Virus record (IMG/VR): IMGVR_UViG_3300035698_020096
Location: 16,174-80,173 of that record
DNA: 64,000 bases
Direction: 5' to 3' (one strand)
Origin: a virus
A model generated the notes under the pieces. The model was not told where the DNA came from. It saw nothing but the letters and a program-made list of their open reading frames with translations, and did no database searches. Each line of letters begins with the position of its first letter. The stretch's first letter is position 1. This document shows positions 59,446 through 64,000 of this stretch, piece after piece. Both the position numbers and the translations under genes were made by a program.

Positions 59446-62400
59446 AGAGTAAAGAAGCCGATGCTAAATGTGTAGCCAGTGTAAAACGAATTTATAACTT
59501 ACTCCGTAGGCTAACTTTAACTTTACCTGATACTGAAACTAGAAAAGCTATACAAGAATTAGAACCAATAAAGCCTGATACAGATTTGGTTGATTATATT
59601 CAATCTTTAGATGATTTACTTAATAGAGCTATATCCGCTTTAAACTTCAGACTTATCTTTACTTACGAGTCGAATGATAATCCCAATTTAGAAAGTCAAG
59701 TAAAACAATTAATAGAGAGTCGAACCGAGCTATATCAAATAGCTGATTCTTGTATTAGCGAAGTAGTGCCTACCGATTCTATTGGGTTAGATACAGGTCA
59801 ACCCTGTAAAGAATTACTCAACACTATGTATGACTTATTCTTAGTTCATTTAGCTGCTTCTTCTTCTTATACTGGTTATACCCCTGAAGAGCTAGTTAGT
59901 AACTCATTAGGTAAAACCTTATTAGATAAAAAGGATTCTCTTCAAGATAAAGCAGAAGACAGTATAAATTATATTAATGAAGCTGAAGAACTTTATAAGA
60001 TTATTGAGTCTTTTAAAGTAAAAGCAAATACAACTACTGATAAAAAGGCTTTACCTAAACTTAATGTTTGGTTAGAGGAGTTAAAGAAGAAAGACTGGAA
60101 AACATGTTTAGACGGAACTAAGGCTCTTACGGAATTAGAAGAAGCCGATGCTAAATGTGTAGCCAGTGTAAAACGAATTTATAACTTACTCCGTAGACTA
60201 ACTTTACCTAATACTGAAACTAGAAAAGCTGTACAAGAATTAGAACCAATAAAGCCTGATACAGATTTGGTTGATTATATTCAATCTTTAGATGATTTAA
60301 TCAATAGAGCTATATCCATTTTAAAGTCGAATGATAGTCCCAATGTAGAAAGTCAAGTAAAGCAATTAATACAGAGTCAAACCGAGCTATCTCAAATAGC
60401 TGATTCTTGTATTGCAGGTAGAAAATCTTTAAATTCATATAAAGAAACTGGTCAACTTAATCCAGTAGTACCAGAACCAGTGGTACCTTCACCTGATAAT
60501 CCTGAGATTAGAAATAATATATGTACTAAACCTAGTCCTGATAGATGGGGAGTAAAGTTTAAATATACAGTAAATGGAGATGGAGGGAACTACGGTTGCC
60601 CTTCATCTGATGGTCCAGCCTCTAGTGAATTCGCTACTCGCCATGAATGGTTCCTTACTCTATTACCTGCCATGCGTTCAGTAATGCCCGCTAACGGGGG
60701 AATGGATACTCCAGGAGCTCTCCCTGGTTTACAGTTCCAAATAAGAAGTAATGTAGCTAAACATAAAGTACCAGGATTCCAACCTATATTTCAACATATG
60801 GGAGTTGATAGTATTATTATTACTATGGTAGGTACATTTACTGGAGATGGAGGATTAGGGGGAATATATTCACTTAAACCTCCTGAACCTAAGGAAGAGG
60901 AGCCCCAAGTTGTTAATGCTGAGTTAGTTGAAGATGTCCCTGATAACTTACAGAAGTTAGAATATGTCCCTTGGGCTAGACAAGGTAAGCAACACTATTT
61001 ATCTTCTGATACTATTAATCCTTTATGGAATAAAACCATACCTACACATAATAGAGCTCTAAGACCTGCTACTGGTTATACCAAGGAAGGGGGTGTTACT
61101 AGAGCTAATTGGAATCCATATAACTCTCCTAATGCTGGATGGGAGAATGGAATAGACCCCAATGCTGTTAAAACTAGTGATGAGATACCTTGGGAGAATC
61201 CTGATATATACATGACTAAGAATTTATTAAGGGCAGGTATGTTCGATAGAGATGGTTGCCCTGGTACTTGCCCTAGTCCTGAACTAGGTGATAATAGTTA
61301 TGATATGTACACAGGTGGATTAAATATAGTTCAAGAACAAAGATTAATAGGTCAGGATTCAGATGTTTCCTCTGCTTATACCTTAAGAGAACTTTCTGCT
61401 TATCTAGACGCTTATCATGAATTCACTTCTTTCTATAAAGTAGCTATTCATGAATCTAGAGAAATGGAGATAGAAATTAATCTAAGAAAGAATCATGATG
61501 GTCTTAATCCTCAAGTAAATCACTTCCCTAAGTACGCTAGGTCGGCTCTTGGTATGCTTCGTAATGATAATGGTAATCCAGCATTTAAAGGTATAGTTAG
61601 AGATTTAAGAGTATTTCAAGCTAGGTCTGATAGAACTTGGTACATGATGGATATAGAGGTAAGTGATTATGGTATGGCTGGTAAAGAACCTATTAATCTA
61701 ACTAATGATCTAGAAGAAAGGACTAAAGTTGCCTTAGATGAATTACAAAAGATAAGGAAAGAAGAAAATAAACAAGATATTCGTAATGATAGTGATGAAT
61801 GCGGGGAAGCTATTATTAAAGCTGCTGATATTAAGATTAGATTAAGGAGTTCTTCTCTCGGTTCAAAAGGAGACTTCTTCGTAATAGATACTAAAAGTGG
61901 ATATTCTACTTATGCTATCAGTACAAAAAGGGGGAACTTAGAATATAACGGGAATAATCCAGTAAATGGCTCTATTACAGATCCTAGGTCTACCCTCAAA
62001 CATTTACTTAATGAGGTAAATGCTGCCGGGATAATAAGTGGCGGAAGTGCAGTTTATAATGCTTTAAAGAAGTTTATAAAAGAATTATTTGCAAGTAACC
62101 GTATCCAACCTAAAGTTAAATATGAAGAAAAACATTACTATGGTAAAGAATTGCAGGACCTTAATCTAGAAAGATTAACCGGATTTTATATTCTATTAGT
62201 AAACTGGAGAGCTTATCTGGATAAAGACACGGGTTATGGTATAAAGACAAAGAGTGGATTAAGGGGTTTAGTTATACCCGACAGCTTTGAATTGATAAGC
62301 CCTGGAACCCTCTTCTATGAAGAGGTATTAGTCCCTGCTAACAATAGATGGAAAGTAGATGCTCTGATGTTAATTAATAATCCCAGTATTGATTTTATCG

Positions 62401-62885
62401 GAGATAACTCGGCTGTTACCGACTGCAGTGGTATCTCTAGTGAAACACAGAGTACTAATACCTCTAATGCCAGTGGAGGTATTCAAGCTCCACCTGTACG
62501 GAATAAGTCATCTCGAGTTTCCGATTTAACTAAGCGAACACTTGTAAATTCTTTTGTTGATAAGTTAATTGGTCATAGTAGGTCAAATGGTAATCATACA
62601 GATTGGACAAATGTATTAACCGAAGATGCGGCTAACTCTCTTGCCGTAGGTACTGATTTACCTGGTTATAACATCATAGTACTTAGGTCAAGCTTTGAAG
62701 GAGACCGATTAATAACCCGAGAAGAGCATAGCTGGAATGCTATTGGAGGATTTAAGAAATGCTTTATAAAGGTTTATTTCTTTGTTAAAGAAGACCACGG
62801 GAGTATAATCAAGAATCTTATTAGTAACATAAAGAGTGGGGAAGAAGATTGTTTCTTAAAACCCCCCGAGAAGATTGTTTCTTAA
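59442..62885 (+). CDS. Large protein with a duplicated helical N-terminal module and a tube-initiator (GpU-like) segment; truncated by a 26-bp duplication
   Basis: KHKVPGFQPIFQHMGVDSIIITMVGTFTG resembles GpU-type motifs; internal repeat; frameshift at 62843-62898. Confidence 0.55.
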   Translation: MKSKEADAKCVASVKRIYNLLRRLTLTLPDTETRKAIQELEPIKPDTDLVDYIQSLDDLLNRAISALNFRLIFTYESNDNPNLESQVKQLIESRTELYQIADSCISEVVPTDSIGLDTGQPCKELLNTMYDLFLVHLAASSSYTGYTPEELVSNSLGKTLLDKKDSLQDKAEDSINYINEAEELYKIIESFKVKANTTTDKKALPKLNVWLEELKKKDWKTCLDGTKALTELEEADAKCVASVKRIYNLLRRLTLPNTETRKAVQELEPIKPDTDLVDYIQSLDDLINRAISILKSNDSPNVESQVKQLIQSQTELSQIADSCIAGRKSLNSYKETGQLNPVVPEPVVPSPDNPEIRNNICTKPSPDRWGVKFKYTVNGDGGNYGCPSSDGPASSEFATRHEWFLTLLPAMRSVMPANGGMDTPGALPGLQFQIRSNVAKHKVPGFQPIFQHMGVDSIIITMVGTFTGDGGLGGIYSLKPPEPKEEEPQVVNAELVEDVPDNLQKLEYVPWARQGKQHYLSSDTINPLWNKTIPTHNRALRPATGYTKEGGVTRANWNPYNSPNAGWENGIDPNAVKTSDEIPWENPDIYMTKNLLRAGMFDRDGCPGTCPSPELGDNSYDMYTGGLNIVQEQRLIGQDSDVSSAYTLRELSAYLDAYHEFTSFYKVAIHESREMEIEINLRKNHDGLNPQVNHFPKYARSALGMLRNDNGNPAFKGIVRDLRVFQARSDRTWYMMDIEVSDYGMAGKEPINLTNDLEERTKVALDELQKIRKEENKQDIRNDSDECGEAIIKAADIKIRLRSSSLGSKGDFFVIDTKSGYSTYAISTKRGNLEYNGNNPVNGSITDPRSTLKHLLNEVNAAGIISGGSAVYNALKKFIKELFASNRIQPKVKYEEKHYYGKELQDLNLERLTGFYILLVNWRAYLDKDTGYGIKTKSGLRGLVIPDSFELISPGTLFYEEVLVPANNRWKVDALMLINNPSIDFIGDNSAVTDCSGISSETQSTNTSNASGGIQAPPVRNKSSRVSDLTKRTLVNSFVDKLIGHSRSNGNHTDWTNVLTEDAANSLAVGTDLPGYNIIVLRSSFEGDRLITREEHSWNAIGGFKKCFIKVYFFVKEDHGSIIKNLISNIKSGEEDCFLKPPEKIVS
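59452..60413 (+). repeat. Direct repeat pair 59452-59756 and 60139-60413
   Basis: Near-identical DNA encoding EADAKCVASVKRIYNLLRRL...QIADSCI, with in-frame indels. Confidence 0.95.
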
Positions 62886-62898
62886 AACCCCCCGAGAA
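62843..62898 (+). repeat. 26-bp perfect tandem duplication
   Basis: AGAAGATTGTTTCTTAAAACCCCCCG x2 plus AGAA. Confidence 0.95.
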
Positions 62899-63301
62899 TA
62901 TTGGTGCTCCTAGAGAAACTTCAAATGGTCTTAGACCCTTAACCGAAGAAGAGAAATGTAATATCAGAAAAGAAGTAGCAAGAAAATGGGTTGAGAGAAT
63001 GAGAGAGTATCGGGTATCAAAGTTTACTCCTGTTAATTGGCAGGATATAGGTACTTGGAGACCTTCCGTTACTTTAGAAAAGGAATATGACTCTTGCACA
63101 ATAGAAATAAAGGATATAAAATGTATAGGCGATAAGGTAATATTGGTTACAAATAATTATGGTGTAAAGGGGGGAACTCTTGTCCCACCAACCTGTATAG
63201 AAACAACTCTTTCATTTGACGAAGTTATGACACCTGATGGTCCAACTTATCCTTTAAAGATGATGTTCGGCACCATTATTTCCTCTAGCTCCTGCGATTA
63301 A
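62849..63301 (+). pseudogene. Out-of-frame C-terminal portion of ORF 59442
   Basis: EDCFLKPPE occurs in both frames; removing one repeat unit yields a single 1277-aa ORF. Confidence 0.75.
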
Positions 63302-63310
63302 CGTTTACCT

Positions 63311-63712
63311 TTAATTACCTTTAATTACCGAATCGTTAAATAATCCTATATCAAATCTATCTATATCTAGAATCAATCCTTTAACATCTCTATTAATAAG
63401 TCTTTCTCTTATCTGATTGAACTCTTCTCCTTTACTCCATAAGTAATTAGTAATAGATGTAGGTAATCCACTATAATTTTTCTTAGTAACAGTTAATAGT
63501 TCGTTAGTAATCCTTAACCTTCTAATAGATATATCAACCTGATAGTTCCAGTAGTAATTAGGCAATAAACTCGAGCTAGTATTAGACTTAATCTCAGGTT
63601 TCCTTACTCTTTTAACCAAGTATAAGTAGTTATTACTCTCTACTAACTTATCTAGATATTGGAATATATCCGTATATGATTTAGATTTGAAATATATATT
63701 AAAGTCTTTCAT
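63311..63712 (-). CDS. Hypothetical protein
   Basis: 133-aa ORF convergent with the structural operon. Confidence 0.55.
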   Translation of the reverse strand: MKDFNIYFKSKSYTDIFQYLDKLVESNNYLYLVKRVRKPEIKSNTSSSLLPNYYWNYQVDISIRRLRITNELLTVTKKNYSGLPTSITNYLWSKGEEFNQIRERLINRDVKGLILDIDRFDIGLFNDSVIKGN

Positions 63713-63758
63713 TAGCCATTCTTATTAATTTAACTACTGGAACAAAGAAGGAACTTAT

Positions 63759-64000
63759 GGAAAGCACAGTAAAACCCATGTGCTTTAGCCGTGGGATATA
63801 AAGTGGTTTAACGTAGGTAAGTAATTAACCAAATTCATGTTATAATTAACACAACTGATTAATCTAAGCTAATTCAAGTAGGCGTATCGACTACACGTTG
63901 AAATACCCTAGGTCGGTGAAACTCCCGCCAGAAAGAAACTACCAGCCATGCTGGAAAAGACTAAGGAACAGGCAAGCAAAGACAGGATATCGAGTGTACC
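63759..64000 (+). mobile_element. Left end of an IS200/IS605-superfamily element (continues past the window)
   Basis: TTAT (63755-63758), then GGAAAGCACAGT-AAAA and a bulged hairpin CCCATG-T-GC-TTTA-GC-CGTGGG; extended -10-like TGTTATAAT at 63838-63846. Confidence 0.7.
63874..64000 (+). ncRNA. Possible omega-RNA-like leader of an IscB/IsrB (RRXRR) element, partial
   Basis: GC-richer non-coding segment with a CCAGC-CAT-GCTGG stem inside the IS end. It resembles leaders I recall upstream of cyanobacterial RRXRR genes; not verified. Confidence 0.4.

Noticed and set aside
59452-60413. Diversity-generating retroelement TR/VR pair
   Set aside because: Differences are not adenine-specific and include indels, both copies are in one ORF, and no reverse transcriptase is visible.
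62843-62898. CRISPR mini-array
   Set aside because: The repeats are directly adjacent with no spacer.
13175-63099. Short nested track ORFs (13175, 16489, 18712, 18955, 22163, 22787, 23003, 23391, 25087, 33271, 39843, 42772, 50262, 57287, 58124, 62821)
   Set aside because: They overlap well-supported long genes in another frame or strand and carry no motifs.
1-64000. Alternative genetic code, tRNA genes, introns or inteins
   Set aside because: The standard code gives dense full-length ORFs. I saw no cloverleaf, splice-junction or intein motifs by eye, although no scan was run.

Overview
AT-rich (roughly one-third GC, by eye) morphogenesis region of a large contractile-tailed dsDNA phage, probably a cyanophage. 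From 6.5 to 63.3 kb a nearly continuous + strand operon runs: tail-assembly chaperone with a -1 frameshift, portal, prohead protease/scaffold, major capsid, Cys-rich second head protein, neck genes, sheath, tube, hub, a spike and cell-wall-enzyme cluster, wedge/baseplate genes with an embedded FAD-dependent Lys/Orn N-monooxygenase-like gene, two DUF4815-like proteins and two long fibres. The most notable element is absent from the supplied ORF track. Hand translation shows an uninterrupted minus-strand ORF from 6135 off the left edge (>2045 aa). It carries two PLD-family HKD motifs, followed by motifs in the order and spacing of the beta-like barrel of two-barrel RNA polymerases, making it a candidate injected nuclease/lipase-RNAP (possibly tape-measure) fusion. 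Also notable: a VanY/M15B peptidase split across two genes by an amidase, twin IS200/IS605 left ends (one leading into a possible omega-RNA), a shared N-terminal domain on three virion proteins, and strong GATC avoidance. All family calls come from motif recognition by eye; no searches were run.
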